Assembly: GCA_964016885.1 (NCBI GenBank)
Contig: OZ024744.1
Coordinates: 87,978,001 to 88,042,000, forward strand
Length of the DNA stretch: 64,000 nt
Origin: Eledone cirrhosa
Lineage: Eukaryota
Direction: 5' to 3'
Shown here: positions 40,860 through 55,098 of the stretch, in pieces
How positions within the stretch are numbered: the stretch's first letter is position 1
How the letters are laid out: every line of letters begins with the position of its first letter
The notes under the pieces: model-generated
The model's database searches: none
What the model was told of the DNA's origin: nothing
The model's input: the letters and a program-made list of their open reading frames with translations, nothing else
Position numbers and translations under genes: made by a program

Positions 40860-41905
40860 TAGAGAGAGAGAGATACTGCATATGTATATATATATGTATA
40901 TACATACATATTCATATATGAGCTTATTAAGTTGTGTGTGTTGGACTGTTATTTCTATTCAATACGCGCTTACCACCTTTGACTAGCGGCGCACGAGGTG
41001 ACAAATTCATCTTTCTGTGTGAACGTTGGCAAATAGTGTTTGTTGCATTTAATCAGATTCTCTCGCTGATGATGCCCAAGATTATCTGTTACAAACACAC
41101 TCAGGGCGAAACAGATTAGCGATAATCTGTCCGAGAGATATAATGGTTATTGAGGCGGTTTGTATTATAATATATTTTTATTTTATCATTCTGTCTGCTT
41201 CTTGGTTAAATATTTCAAACAAATGTGGTTTTTCAACCCTTGTAATTTTAGACACACGGTTTACTGTGTTTCTTACTATATATTATTAATCGGCTCAGTA
41301 TTTTTATACTTGGAGCTTAATAGTTACAGGGTTCCAATTGGAGTTCTATCTCTAATTTTCATATACATATATATATTTCATTTTTGTTGACTTCTAGGAA
41401 AGTGAACTTAAACCACCTTCTGAATTGCTTCTATGTGTCAGATTTAACTGAATCAACATTTTGCGAACAAAAAAACAAATCCACATTAATATCGACTCTT
41501 CGATCCCCGCCCCCACTCACACAGTATGCCACACAAACAAAAGTGTGTTCGTTGTGTGTTAGTTTGTGTATATGTGTGTGCGTATGCACACAGAAACTCA
41601 CGCACACACGTATATATATATGTGTGTGTGTGTCTGTGAGTGTGTCTGTGAGTGTGTTCGTATTTATTAAAGTAGTATAAAAAGTGTGTTGTGGCAAATA
41701 GCGTAAATTAGTGATTCGACAAAATATAGATCGATACTTCTTTTGCGAGTTTGTAACTGGTTTTAATCATCTTCTATTTGCCCTGCAGTGATATAGTTGT
41801 TTACTATTTTATCATACCATCGTTAAGATTTAGTCTTAGTTTTGGATATTTCACTTTATTTATTTATGTTACGTCTTCAAAATCCACGCTATTATAGTAG
41901 TGGAT

Positions 41906-42095
41906 AGGGCGGTGTATTGGCAGTATCGGCAGAGAGTCAGACACCTTGCTTTGCAGCATAGAGTTACGGCCATTTACGGCCTGAGTTAAAATACCGCCGA
42001 TGTTAACTTTGCCTTTCATCCTTATGGGGTCAATAAAATAAAGTACCAGTAATACACTGGGTAATTGCTGGCCTTGTGCCAAACTTAGAAACACT
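41906..42095 (+). mobile_element. SINE (dominant family)
   Basis: Consensus match. Confidence 0.85.
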
Positions 42096-43779
42096 ATTGT
42101 AGTGAATTGCTAGTCTCTGGAACTTCGGATAAATAAGATTTCGCCATATATCACCTAACTCCCAACGCTCTGAGTTCAAATCGAATCGATATCAGCTTTG
42201 CCTGTCATCTTAGGTTCGATAAAAATACGAGTTCAGGGCGGTGTGTTTTCAGAATTGTTATACTGACCTTTGCATCACGAGTTCTCATGTGTATGTCAAT
42301 GTTGCTTAGATGTCTACTCCCTTGCCTTTCCCATGGACAACCACTGTTGCATGGAGCAAAAAAGCGTGCATGCGTGGGTGAATGCTGATCTGCCCCCAAA
42401 CACTTCACCAATGATGTGGAGGAACATTCCACGTGCAAACCTATGGTCAGCTATGACAGGAGCCGGTCTTTAAAATGTTGGCTACTAAATGCACACCACA
42501 TAATTTGATATGTTAGGATCAAATAGTTTTCTTTTTTTTCTTTTTCGCTTCAATAACTTTCCAGTTACCCAGTGGCTGGCCTTGACAAGGTTACATCTCT
42601 TTCCGATACTCATATCTAACCTCTGGATGATCCCATTCTAACCTCCGGATACATGGAGCTGTAGCATGCGTATCAATTACACTGAGACAAACCGTTCTAA
42701 AAGACCGACCAAACCGTATATGTGTAGACAGTCCTTTAAGGTATATCTCCCTTAGTATAGTAAGACTAACTACAGTAAATTGATCTGAAGAGAAGAACTG
42801 TGTGTCCACCCCGAAAATGAGGTTTCAGTATTGCGGTGTTCAAGAAACCTGATGTTTTAGTTTAGAAGTCCAGACCTACCGCCAGCTGGCTTGATCTCAG
42901 ATCAAGATAAGATAGTGCAGAAAATGCGTGACCGTCCCTTACTTGAATTTATACGAAAGTCATGGATGGCATCACAAACTTTCTCCCAAGATTCTTAAAG
43001 CATGAATATTATAAGCAAATCAATTTACAGGTTTACAAATTTAGAGGTATTTTAAATCTCTATATTTTGTTACTCATGATTTTCGAAATCAAATTTTTTT
43101 TACCTCACTCGTATCCAGTAATCATTTAGATGTAAATTCAAATTTGCTTAATAAATTATTGACTTGTCTTACATATTTCTGACTACTTGTCAAGTCGTTT
43201 GTCCTGAAATTGTGATCTTTGTCAATTCTGGGAGATTTCATGTTGTTTCTGCCCTTTTCAAGTTGTTGAATGCCTTGCAAATTTTGCTCGGGCACACTTG
43301 GAGCATTAATGCACTTTTCGTATCCTTTTTTTTTTTTCCTGTCATCATGTGATCTTTGACTATGCTGAACGTATTTTTATTTTTATCACTTTTATTACAC
43401 ATATCCTTCCTATGTGTTTGAATTTTAGCTGTAGAAAGTGGAATAAGGTTGCTGATATTATTTGTTATTAGGGCGGTGGATTGGCAGTATCGAGAGAAGA
43501 TCGGACACACAGGCTTCGCAACATAGACATACTTCAAAATATTTTTTTTAAAATCATGTTCACTTAAAAATAATTTTTAAATAATTAAAATATACAGACA
43601 TGTATATAATGTGAAATGAAACTGGAAGACCCATATATATATATATACGTGTGTGTGTGTGTGTGTGTGTGTGTTTATATATATATATCTATGTATTTGT
43701 GTGTATATATATATGTGGGTGTCTGGCCATAGACACACACACATACATATATATATACACACTGGTCATAGACACACAA

Positions 43780-43818
<39 letters not shown>

Positions 43819-43869
43819 CACACTGGTCATAGACACACAAACATATATATATATATACACAACACCACC

Positions 43870-44160
43870 AGCTCTCTTCCATTTCCCTTCTCTGTCTCTT
43901 CTCCCTCTCTCTATGGTTCTATTTCAATCTACTCTCTCACAACCACTATCTCTTCCCATGCATCTTTCTCTCTCTTTGTTTATGAAGGTACCCGGAAAAC
44001 CCCTATATCTCGGGAACCCGTGGTCCGATTTAGACGAAACTTGTTTTATTCCATTTGTATTCCTATTTCAGGGGTAGTTACCTTTATGCGCCCTTTTGGC
44101 TGTATTACATTACAGACAAGCAAGCAAACAAACATTCAAAGAGTTTTAGTAGTATATAGA
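43870..44160 (-). mobile_element. Helitron-like 5' fragment
   Basis: Minus strand starts A|TCTATATACTACTAAAACTC..TGTTTGTTTGCTTG; no CTAG end found. Confidence 0.45.
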
Positions 44161-44258
44161 TAGATACTTTTTTTCCCATTGTTTTAATGTAAGTATCACA
44201 GGGGCAGATCACATTGAGAGCTAGTCTCTTCTCTGTTATTATTACTGTTATTATACAT

Positions 44259-44445
44259 TGGGGTGGATTAGCAGTATCGGTAGAGGGTCGGACTCCATGC
44301 TTTCCAGCATAGTTACGTCCCTTTGCGGTCTGAGTTCAAATCCGCCGACGTTAACTTTGCCTTTCATCCTTACGGGGTCGATAAAATAAAGTACCAGTAA
44401 TGTACTGCGTAATTGATGGCCTTGTGCCAAAAGTAGAAACAATTA
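44259..44445 (+). mobile_element. SINE (dominant family)
   Basis: Consensus match. Confidence 0.85.
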
Positions 44446-45011
44446 CTGTTATTATACATTACATGAGACCATTTACGGTGTTGATATTCGGATTGGTTTC
44501 TGCGGTATTTCTTGTAGGCGTCCTTGATGTTCATAGCTATTTTTCATTGAGATTCTTGTTCACATGTAGCTTGGATAAGGATCTCCTTGTAATTCTGTTT
44601 ATTGATATTATTACTGTTTGTTTGTGTTTTTGTTTTCATGTTTTATCAACTTTTCATTTGTCCTTTGTGCAATGCCTACTTATTGCATGTGTGGAGAGTT
44701 CTGTGATATTTTCACATTATTTCGAGATCTCAATTGTTGCACGTGTAGTTGAGTCTTGTGCGTTTCCGTTTTATATTTATTTTTATTTCCCTTTTTTTGT
44801 GTGTGTGAAATGCTATGTGATTCATCTGCGGTGAATTCTTTTGTGGTGCATTCATCAATTTATATTTTTTTTTTTTTGTTTTTGTATAGTTGGCTGTTTA
44901 GTTAAAATATTGTGTATTCTTGACTTCAACATCAATTCTCTTTTTTTTTTAAAACACTTTATTGTGTTGTATCAGATGAAAGAATGGTATTTAACTAATG
45001 TTAAATATGGG

Positions 45012-45131
45012 GCCCAGCCACAGCCCCGGCGGACAGAATGGAGAAGGCGTTTCCCCGGAGGACGGCAAGGAAGACGCGCTGGAAAAGCCACTCCAACTCG
45101 TGGTGTTCACACCTGCGGCTGGTCAGCTCAG
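45012..45131 (-). mobile_element. CRE-like LINE 3' fragment
   Basis: Reverse-complement match to 45630-45750. Confidence 0.75.
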
Positions 45132-45489
45132 AGTGAAGATCTTTTTTTTCTTTCTACATTTAGGATCTTTATATCGTTTATCATATATGTATGTACATTT
45201 ATTATTATATTTGGCTTAATAAAATGTTCATTCTTTATATGTTATTCGATTGTATTTGTTAAATAGTGTGGAATTTTTCTTTGGACCAGCTTTCGACCTG
45301 TATTTCTTTGTTTTATTTTTGGTGAAAGCTAGCTGCAGGGGGGTGACGTTTTTGATTAAAATTGACATCTTGAGAAGACACTGTTTCTAACACAAATGTT
45401 GCAGTGGTTTCACTACGGCATTCATCATAAAACCTGACCGATTGATGTTGTCTTAATTTTTATTTTTATTAATTCATTAATGGACATAG

Positions 45490-45845
45490 TTGTTCTGTTG
45501 GAGGTGTCCTGGGGAGGCTAAACGCTCCAAGAACCGGTCGCTCTCCGACAGGTTTACGGTCGCACCCTTGGAAGTGGAGACTTCTGGTGTCCTTGGCCCT
45601 AGGCCTACCTCCCTACTCACCACCATGGGCGATGAGTTGGCCAGCCGCCGGTGGGAGCCTCGCAATTTGGAATTGCTCTTCCAGCGCATCTCCCTTACCA
45701 TCCTCCGGGGAAACGCCTTCTCCATTCTGTCCGCCGGGGCTGTGGGAAGGCTAACACGTAGGACCCCATTTGCTCACCATACGGAGAGATAGGGAGGGCC
45801 AGAGAGATAGAGTCAATGACAGTGGGAGTTAGGCTGTTCCTTCAT
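45490..45845 (+). mobile_element. CRE-like LINE 3' end (RLE C-terminus)
   Basis: PLEVETSGVLGP..WEPR..LFQRISLTILRGNAFSIL resembles the CRE-clade QR.S...QRGNA motif. Confidence 0.75.
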
Positions 45846-46666
45846 GTTTGCTTAGGTTACAATTGCTTTGTAATAGAAATTCTTATATTATTACTGGTGA
45901 ATTACATCGTTGTTCAGTTTGTTTGTGTTAATCGATTCAAGTGTTCTTTTGTCACACGCTGTCATATATATGAAATACTAGGATCCGTATGACAAAAAAA
46001 AAAAAAATTTATTTCAATTGTTCCAGAGAGTTTGTATTTGTAGTCTTGAGTATTTATGTGAGTGAATGTGCGTGTATACACGCGCGTGCGAGTGTGTGTG
46101 TGTGCACTTGTGTGTATGCGTGTGAGAGGAAAATAGAGAGCGGGAGAGGAAGAGTGGAAAAGGGCATGTGAATTCGAATATGTCGACCTTTTGAATTTAA
46201 AAGAAATGTTTGAAAAATTTCAAATGATTAACCAGAACAAAGCAAAAAATTAAATCGAATGAAAGCTGTATAAAATCTGGGGCAGAAAAAAGAAAGCTTG
46301 GTAATACTTTCAAACATGTTCAGTGTTTTAATATATATTATTTCTATTTTTATTTCAAGCAAAGACTTCTTCACATTTTTTTTATTGACATTCAGCAAGA
46401 CCTAATACAGACACACACACGCACACACACACACACGCACACACACACACACGCACACACACACACACGCGCGCGCACGCACACACACAGATACACACAC
46501 ACACGCATATATATATATAGACATCACACACACATATATATATAGGCATACATATATATATGTATATATATAGATATGTGTATTTATATATATATATACT
46601 TGTGTGTGTATACATATATATATGTGTGTGTGTATATATTTGTGTGTGCATATATGTATATATATA

Positions 46667-46745
<79 letters not shown>

Positions 46746-46830
46746 AAAACTTGAACGGGAACAAAACAGAGAGGCAGTACGAACAAAGGTTTATTAGTTT
46801 CACGCTTTTGAGAGTGGGGTGGTGGTGGGG

Positions 46831-46863
46831 AACGACGTTTCGGGCATAAGCCCTTCTTCAGTT
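46831..46863 (-). ncRNA. minimal hammerhead ribozyme (weak stem I)
   Basis: CTGAAGA-a-GGGC-ttat-GCCC-GAAA-C-GTC with palindromic ACGT stem III; AATAAA and (TA)n downstream. Confidence 0.65.
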
Positions 46864-47187
46864 GAAAAGTTTGTTGGAAGAGAGTTCCAAGGGTGTGTAG
46901 GGGAGTCGTAGAGAGACATAGAATAAAGGGGGTGAGAGGAAACGGTACAAATGAAATTAAATATAAAAGCATAATAAAAATAAAAATAAACATGAAGTGG
47001 GGCGTGTAGGGGTGGTGGCGGGTGGAGTGGGGAGAGGGAGGCGGGGTGACCGAGCGGGGAGGGCTGAAGGTGGTGCACCCCACGACACCACACACCCACC
47101 CACCGTCTCCCCTTCCCCAATACACATATATATATACATATATACACACATATATATATATATACACACACACATATATATATATAT

Positions 47188-47360
47188 AACGAAGGAAGCA
47201 GATGGACAATAAGGCACCAGAGTAATCAATACTTAGGGTAGTAGAGTGTGTAATAGGAAAATGTTTAACCCCAACGGCAGAGCCCAAGCTATTTCGACGG
47301 TTATTTCTGGAGTTCAGAAATAGCCGTCGAGCTCTGACGTCGGGGTTAAACATTTTCCTA
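47188..47360. mobile_element. hairpin-element family copy (asymmetric fold-back)
   Basis: Matches 12135-12397; short arm at 47329-47360. Confidence 0.8.
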
Positions 47361-47492
47361 TATATATATATTTATTCATTAGTTAAGCAAAGACAAGACC
47401 ACAAATTTCACAAGGAAGACGTCATTTAAAGAAAGTCAACATAGTTTCAGTATATGTGAGGAATATGGAGTGTAATTATAATCTAATGTAAG

Positions 47493-47494
<2 letters not shown>

Positions 47495-47556
<62 letters not shown>
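47495..47556. repeat. (TAA)n microsatellite
   Basis: Direct inspection. Confidence 0.95.
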
Positions 47557-47560
<4 letters not shown>

Positions 47561-47581
47561 GTGATTATAATAATATATATA

Positions 47582-47636
<55 letters not shown>

Positions 47637-47646
47637 ATATATTAAT

Positions 47647-47824
47647 AATTGTTTCTACTTTAGGCACAAGGCCAGCAAATTCACCAGTACATTACTGGTA
47701 CTTTATTTTATCGACCCCGTAAGGATGAAAGGCAAAGTTAACCGCGGCGGGATTTGAAGTCAGACTGTAAAGGGACGCAACTATGCTAGTAAGCATGGCG
47801 TCCAACCCTCTACCGATACTGCCA
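47647..47824 (-). mobile_element. SINE (dominant family)
   Basis: Consensus match. Confidence 0.88.
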
Positions 47825-47949
47825 TGATAATAACATTCGATTCGTTTGCAATTATGCAAACAAGCCTCAATTTTATAGCCATGTCAGTAGAATGAATCCT
47901 TCATTCTTGCTCTTATGTTGGCATGCGAACAGAACTGCAGACACTAATG

Positions 47950-47973
47950 TTTCTGGGTATCACCCTTCATCAG
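47950..47973 (-). ncRNA. degenerate hammerhead core
   Basis: CTGATGA-a-GGGT-gat-ACCC-a-GAAA; stems I/III not supported. Confidence 0.35.
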
Positions 47974-48123
47974 TATAGCTCACTGTTCACCTGCCAAACT
48001 CTCAAAGCTATTGAAAAGATATGCTATTTTCAAAAATACACAGTATCTGATCGGCAAAACGAATCTAATGTTATTATTAATATTCGAAAAACTCAGATTA
48101 CATTTATTATATATATATACATA

Positions 48124-48174
<51 letters not shown>

Positions 48175-48188
48175 GCATATATATATAT

Positions 48189-48269
48189 TTACTAATTTAT
48201 ACTTATTCCTAATTAAACTTTTTTTCCCAGTGTAAAATAGTTTAATTAGGAATAAGTATAAATTAGTAA
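48189..48269. repeat. inverted repeat, 31-bp arms, flanked by mirrored TA tracts
   Basis: TTACTAATTTATACTTATTCCTAATTAAACT / AGTTTAATTAGGAATAAGTATAAATTAGTAA. Confidence 0.85.
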
Positions 48270-48299
48270 TAATATATATATATATGCATATATATATAC

Positions 48300-48632
48300 A
48301 TGGTGGCTGCCAACTCGTTTTCGAGTATGGCCACTACTTTATATCCATGTAGGAGAACTCCTACCGATGCGCTGAACGAGTGTGACTTTTTAGTCCAGCC
48401 AACGACTTGAAAACTCTGGTACAAACACTACACCTGTGACAATTATTGACACATAGTGCTGGGCCCATGGTACCATGTGACGACAAGTGCAGAGAGATCT
48501 CCAGATATAAAGCAATGCCTGTGCCGTGAAGCTTTTATAGTGAGCAAAGGCACTGCACAAAACCAGTCCCACTCTCTTAACCAAGATGATATTTACCAAA
48601 AAGAAGAACAAGTCAACATCATTGGATACCAT
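48300..48632. repeat. unclassified dispersed repeat (copy of 18925-19265)
   Basis: Alignment by eye. Confidence 0.85.
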
Positions 48633-48959
48633 CAGGGTTTCAGGTGTTATATCAGAGTTTTCCTTCTCCTTGAATTCTGCCTTGACAAAGGCTAAGGGGT
48701 CATCTCTCCCGGTGATTTTGGATGGCCATTGACTCTTAAGAGCTCCTTTGCCCTTTGACAGGTTTTGTTTTTAGTCCTGCAGGATGTCCAAAGTCACCCT
48801 CCTCACCAAGAAACCTTGGTGGGGTTGCCAGTTTAGTCGCCAACGACCCGACCATGAGACAGGTTGTACTAGGATACATGTTACCAGTAACACCAACTGG
48901 TGACCTGACATATATATACATATATGCATATATACATACATGCATATATGCATATATGC

Positions 48960-49118
<159 letters not shown>

Positions 49119-49239
49119 ATTATTACACAAACAGAAAACAAATAAACAAAATCTCCAGAGTGCATTACCATTTCTGATGTAAAATTTCAGCATAATTTCA
49201 GCATAATGTCGACATTTTTTAATTAATTAATTAATTAAT

Positions 49240-49282
<43 letters not shown>

Positions 49283-49475
49283 TTCGTCTATTCACAAGCT
49301 ATTCAATCCTGATACCGAATATAACAACTTTCCAATCTAATGGACCTTCCGTCCGTTTCAGCCTTGGCCATTCAGGTCTTTACTTGCTAGAGTGTAAATA
49401 GCTGCATACTCCCTTGAGAAATATACCCGCTGCCGCCGTAATGAAGGCTTAACAAATCCCGCCGAGGTTAACTTA

Positions 49476-49663
49476 AGGGCGGTGGATTGGCAGTATCGGT
49501 AGAGGGTCGGACGCCATGCTTTCCAGCATAGTTACGTCCCTTTACAGTCTGAGTTCAAATCCCGCCGAGGTTGACTTTGCCTTTCATCCTTACGGGGTCG
49601 ATAAAATAAAGTACCAGTAATGCACTGGGTAATTGCTGGCCTTGTGCCTAAAGTAGAAACAAC

Positions 49664-49699
<36 letters not shown>

Positions 49700-49890
49700 A
49701 GGGCGGTGGATTGGCAGTATCGGTAGAGAGTCGGACACCATGCTTTGAAGCATAGAGTTACGCCCCTTTATGATCTGAGTTCAAATTCCGCCGAGGTTAA
49801 CTTTGTCTTTCATCCTTACGGGGTCGTTAAAATAAAGTACCAGTAATGTACCTGTTAACTGTTGGTCTTGTGCTAAAAATAGAAACAATT
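49476..49890 (+). mobile_element. two head-to-tail SINEs (49476-49664 and 49700-49890) separated by (ATT)n
   Basis: Consensus match twice. Confidence 0.9.
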
Positions 49891-49892
49891 AT

Positions 49893-49961
<69 letters not shown>

Positions 49962-51024
49962 TGTGGAGAAAAATGGAATGTCTTTAAAAGAGAATCGAAA
50001 TCAAGACACCGTTTCAGCTCTAGCATACTTATTGAATTGCAAATGGCTACGTAATGAATTGCGAAAATATTGTCTCAAACGTGAATCAAATTGGTTAGCG
50101 TGATAAATAATGTTACCTAATATCAAATGTAGATATACATTAAATGTTAAAACATTAAAACAGAACTTATTAACTCTAACATTTCCGTTATCCAGCATTA
50201 AAAGATAATAAATAATGAATAAGGAACTGACCTATAAACCCTTTACAAAAAGCATGCAACAGTGATCAACTTCATACGTTGCATTAAAATGCAAGCAATG
50301 AAAGCAGAGACAGCGGATCTAGTCTCGAATTATATTTATGGATTTCTCTTATTTATTATTCTCTTATTTTATTCATGATTTCTTTAGGTTTTTTTTCTTT
50401 TTTTTTCTGTTGCTAAACTCTTTTGAAATAATACCCATTAAATAAATTACGGATGTAATTTAGAAGATTCAAGTAAACTTATTTAATGTCAGATGCTTCT
50501 GTCTCCGAAAGAAGAAAAAAAAACAAGAAACAACGGAAGGACGGTAGTAAAAAGAAGAGAAATATACCAGTACCTTGGTAAAAGAGAAGGAAAAAACCTA
50601 GAGTTTACTGTTTGACAAGTGATTAGACCAAAAGATTAATTGTCGGGGTTACGAGATATCGACGTTACAGAATAGATCAATTGAAGAATTCCGATTTTTT
50701 GTGCAAATTTGAGTTACTTATAAGCTTCAATCATGGAAAAAATGTTGCCCTTTAGCAGAGAGTAGAACAGGAAAAATATTTAAAATGGAAAGGCAAAATT
50801 ACATACAATGATTTCATACTATAATTTTCAGATTAGATAACTACGGACAATAAATTTTGTGGTGTTGGTTTCAATTCTTTATTTCAAACCATATACTTGT
50901 TTTGTAAATTTCTTAATGACCTTTAAAAAAAGGAAATCAACGTAGAAAATACCATATATATGCTCATGTAAAATTATTTTCCTTTTAAAAGCCAACACTC
51001 TATGTGTCCGAACACGGAAGAACC

Positions 51025-51122
51025 GAAATCCCACTGTCATCATCACCATCTCTCTCTACTCAAATGGTGTCCCACGTGCTGGTCGCCCACAGCCCCGGCG
51101 GACAGAATGAAGAAGACGTTTT
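51025..51122 (-). mobile_element. CRE-like 3' fragment
   Basis: CCCACAGCCCCGGCGGACAGAATG shared with the other copies. Confidence 0.7.
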
Positions 51123-52619
51123 TGTCAATGTTTTGTCAATGTTTTGATAATGTAGAGTATATTTACGCGTCTACTTATTAGTACAATATTTTGGATTACG
51201 GTGTGAATTTCAACGTTTTAAACTTAACATCTATGTAATAGGCAACCTCTTAAATTTAAACTCAACAATTGCTTAAAACATTCAACTTTTGCTTGAATGT
51301 ATACGTTATATAACCTTGCGATTGTTTCTAAATGTGCATCAAGCCAATACAATTAACAAAGTAATTAAATATGCAAACACCATTATTTGTTTAGGTGTAA
51401 GTCTTCTTGCGTTTCTGAGCCCAAATCTCCCTGGATCCTATATTTCCTTCGCCAATCACAAGAAATAATATTATACATATACTACATAGAGTACATCCTT
51501 ATATTTTGCCATATACTTACATGAGATACAATATATCTGTCTATATATCTTGCAATATAACTTCTTTATTTACAATATGCATCTAATGCTTAGAAGGTTC
51601 CTTTCTCCAGTCACATCTCCAGAAGCATATGTCACTTATGAACTCGGACCAATTTAGTCTTCTACGCCTGTGTTCATGCGCCGTCCTTTTTTTTACATTA
51701 GACTCGATGCCAACGCTTTGAAATAAATTTACTATTGGTGGAATTTATTAAAGTAAATTTAAACACGGACAGTGAGAACAAATATCTCAAGTAGCTATCC
51801 ATCGCTCTAATGGCTCTGCTACTTTGCTGCCTCCCTTCAAATAAAATATATGTACACGCCTTCCTGGGGATCCTATCGGAAATACCCGTTTCCAACTGAT
51901 CAGACTGGAACTCCAAATGTGAGAAGCCGAGCTCATGGATGTTGTCCAACTATCTTGCTTATAGTCTACCTCTGGGTCTCTTGACAATAAAATCTGCCCT
52001 GCTATTTTTTCCTTAAACGTTCTAACTACATGTCCGTTATATCAGAGCTGTAATCTCCTTTTTCAAAGAAATATCTACTCTACCTGGAGCGATTCTCTGA
52101 TTTTCCAGTCCCCATATAATCACCAAAAAAAGCTGGAGATGGGAAGGTGTGTGATAGACACACAAAGGTTGATAAACGGCGAAAGAAACGAAAGAGGGTC
52201 CAAAAAGAGTAAATGGTAGTAATTGGCAATTGGAATGTCACAAACCATACAGGTAAGGAGTATGAACTCGTGGAGGAGACCAGATATTACCGGCTAGATA
52301 AAGTCGGGGTTTCCTTAACAAGGTTCTATGGCTCTGGTAGTATAGATTTGGATGGAGGAGGGAAATTCCACTATTCAGGTGTGGCGCCAGAACGGACTGC
52401 ACAGAGGGATGGAGATACTCACAAATCCCTGATTGTCGGAATGTATTATGTGCTGGATACCAATGGGAGGAGGAATGTGCCACTTGAAATTTAGGCTGAA
52501 AGACAAACCTTTGGCGGCAGTGTAAGTGTATGCGTCAAACAGAGAGTCCGAATACAGATCCTTCCATGATGAAGTCAGAACAGCATTAGATGTAGTTAAG
52601 TCTAAAGTCTAAAGCCTGT

Positions 52620-52884
52620 CTTAAGCCAGAAGGCTCATTTGGCCGGTGCTTATCCCGGTTTCATGGCGTGAAGCGACTGAGAGTACAAGACTCCCCTCTG
52701 AACAGGACGCCCGTCCATCGCAGGGTTAAACTCCCAGCTATTGCTGGTACTCATTTTCAGTTGAGTATACTGGAGCAACGTGAAATGAAGTGTTTTGCTC
52801 AAGAACGCAACACGCAACCCAGGAATAGAACCCATGACATTATGATCGTAAGTCCAACACCCTTACCACTAGGCCACGTGCCTC
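52620..52884 (-). mobile_element. second tRNA-derived SINE family, full length
   Basis: GTGGCCTAGTGGTAAGG A box, GGTTCTATTCC B box, CCCTGCGATGGACGGGCGTCCTGTTCAG (V-SINE-like as I recall it). Confidence 0.8.
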
Positions 52885-53267
52885 TGAGTCATATATCCTA
52901 ATGAGAGACTTCAATGCACATGTTGGCACTGACCAACTGACATGGAAAGGAGTGGCTGGAAACAACGCTGTAATCGATCTAAATACGAATGGAGAGGCCT
53001 TATTAGAAGACTTCTGTTCTAGTAATGGGCTATCAATTGTGAACACCTTTTTTAAACCAAAGATATCATAAGTGGGTATGGATTAAGGGAAATTTAGAAC
53101 AGAGGTCTGTAAACGATGTGTATGTTACTTCTAACCTGATGTGATATTAGGATTAATGAAGCTGGTGATTTTAACACAGATATGGATGTGTTAAATGCAC
53201 ATATTTATATATGGTACAATTGTTTCATAAAACCTACAGTTTGACAAATGTGTCCGAAAACGGAAAA

Positions 53268-53472
53268 ACCGACTCCCACTGTCATCGCCTCCATCTCTCT
53301 CACCCTCCCCATCTCTCTGTAGTATGAGCAAATTGGAGCCCACGTGCTGGCCGCCCCACAACCCCGGCGGACAGAATGGAGAAGGCGTTTCCCCGGAGGA
53401 TGGTAAAGGAGGTGAGCTGGAAGAACCATTCCATCTCGCGAGGCTCACATCTGTGGCTGGGCAGCTCAGCGC
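53268..53472 (-). mobile_element. CRE-like 3' fragment
   Basis: Match to 45630-45835. Confidence 0.75.
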
Positions 53473-54215
53473 AGTTCATTGAATCTATGCTAGATGTTCA
53501 TGTTAAGAAAGAGGCTCAGCTATCGACTGACCACCCTCTAGTTATCTGCCAGCTGAGACTACCTAGAGCCAAAGAAGCCCACAAAACTGGTAGGTCCAGG
53601 TCAACCTACAGCATAAAATAGTAAGTGCTGCGAATAAGGAAGTCTGGAACTGGTATGCAGATACAATTGCGTTTAAATTAAGAAAGCTGCTTGAACTAAC
53701 TGAGGACGATGAAACGGAATGAAGACTTCAGCTCAGTAGTCTCTGCTTCAGCTGTTAAATTTTGCGGGTGAACGCTTCTGTGTGACATCTGATGGTAGGA
53801 GGAACATTCGGTTTTATCTGAGCAACGAAAATGGTTTACAAAACTTAGTTTGTAATTTTGTACTCTTTTTTGAGCTAGTAGTATAACCAGGCGCAAAATG
53901 TCACAACATCAGAGACCATAAAGTGATCCGATGTTACGACGTGGGAGAATGTCAGATTTAAGCTGGAATCCGATGTATGTACACTAAATGTCTAAATGAC
54001 TGAGATTAGTTATATATATTAATAAGATTGTGTATTTTAGTATATTAATATTATCGTCAGAGTATATTTATAATGCGTTATTTACAAAGCATTTTCATCG
54101 ACTGGTTTAACCTATTCGATTTCATCTATCATATATTGTATATGTATAATATAAAAGTTTACATTCAAACTAGAGTTTTTTTCTAAACTGATGGTAATAA
54201 TACTCTTATACATTT

Positions 54216-54430
54216 AGGGCGGTGGATTGGAAGTGTCAGTAGAATGTCGGACAACATGCTTTATAGCATAGGGTTCCGTCCCATTACGATCTGAATTAAA
54301 ATCCTGTTGAGATTAGCTATGCCTTTCATCCTTACCGAGTCGAGAAAATAAAGTACCAGTAATGCACTGATGTCGATTTAATCGACCCCCCCCCCCACAC
54401 ACACAAATTACTGGCCTTGTACCTAGGTCA
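54216..54430 (+). mobile_element. SINE, older and longer variant
   Basis: Includes the GTCGATTTAATCGA segment also seen in the 5073 copy. Confidence 0.8.
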
Positions 54431-54597
54431 GAATGCAATATTCTTATGTACTATATAACTAGCTCATGTAAGTGGAAAGTATTATAAAGGTTCTAAATCC
54501 CATCCACCTTAAAACCCTGTTCCTGTCCAGGAATAAGGCGTTTGACAATCGGTGAATTTGAAAACCCAGTATTGTATAAGATACCCAGGTATTATAC

Positions 54598-54788
54598 TGC
54601 GGGTAATTGGCAGTATCGGTAGAGGGTCGGACGCCATGCTTTGACGAATAGAGTTACGGCCCTTTCCATTCTGAGTTCAAATCCCGCCGAGGTTAACTTT
54701 GCCTTTCATCCTTACGGGGGTCGATAAAATAAAGTACCAGTAATACACTGGGTAATTGCTGGCCTTGTGCCTAAAGTAGAAACAATTA
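54598..54788 (+). mobile_element. SINE (dominant family)
   Basis: Consensus match. Confidence 0.88.
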
Positions 54789-54799
54789 TATATCAATGT

Positions 54800-55098
54800 T
54801 AAGGTTGTGAGTTCGATTCTCGGACAAGGTGAGGTGTTGTGTTCTTGAGCAAGACACTTTATTTCATGTTGCTCCAGTTTACTCAGCTGTAGAAATGACT
54901 TGTAACGTCACAGATGCCAAGCTGTATCGGTCATTGCCTTTCCCTTGGACAACATTAGTAGCGTAGGGAGGGGAGACTGGTATGTATGGGTGACTGCTGG
55001 TCTTCCACAAACAACCTTGCCCGGACTTGTACTTTGGAGAGGATCTTTTGGGGTGCAAATCCATGGTCACTCGTGACCGAAGGAGGTCTTTACCCTAT
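54800..55098 (+). mobile_element. SINE related to the second family, different 3' half
   Basis: GAGTTCGATTC B box; TGTGTTCTTGAGCAAGACACTTTATTTCATGTTGCTCCAG core. Confidence 0.7.

Larger units (their letters stand above)
52200..53960 (+). mobile_element. RTE (Rex3/Expander-like) endonuclease remnant with nested SINE and CRE fragment
   Basis: IGNWNVT..GKEYELVEE..YRLDKVGVS..HYSGVA; DFNAHVG; LSIVNTFF; QLSTDHPLV. Confidence 0.75.

Noticed and set aside
42250-43000. Higher-complexity segment that might be coding (also 51600-52130 and 700-960)
   Set aside because: Only short ORFs with no recognisable motifs; cannot be assigned without a database search
49345-49380. GTTTCAGCCTTGGCCATTCAGG hammerhead-like motif; similar at 1608-1632
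   Set aside because: CUGANGA core incomplete and stems unsupported
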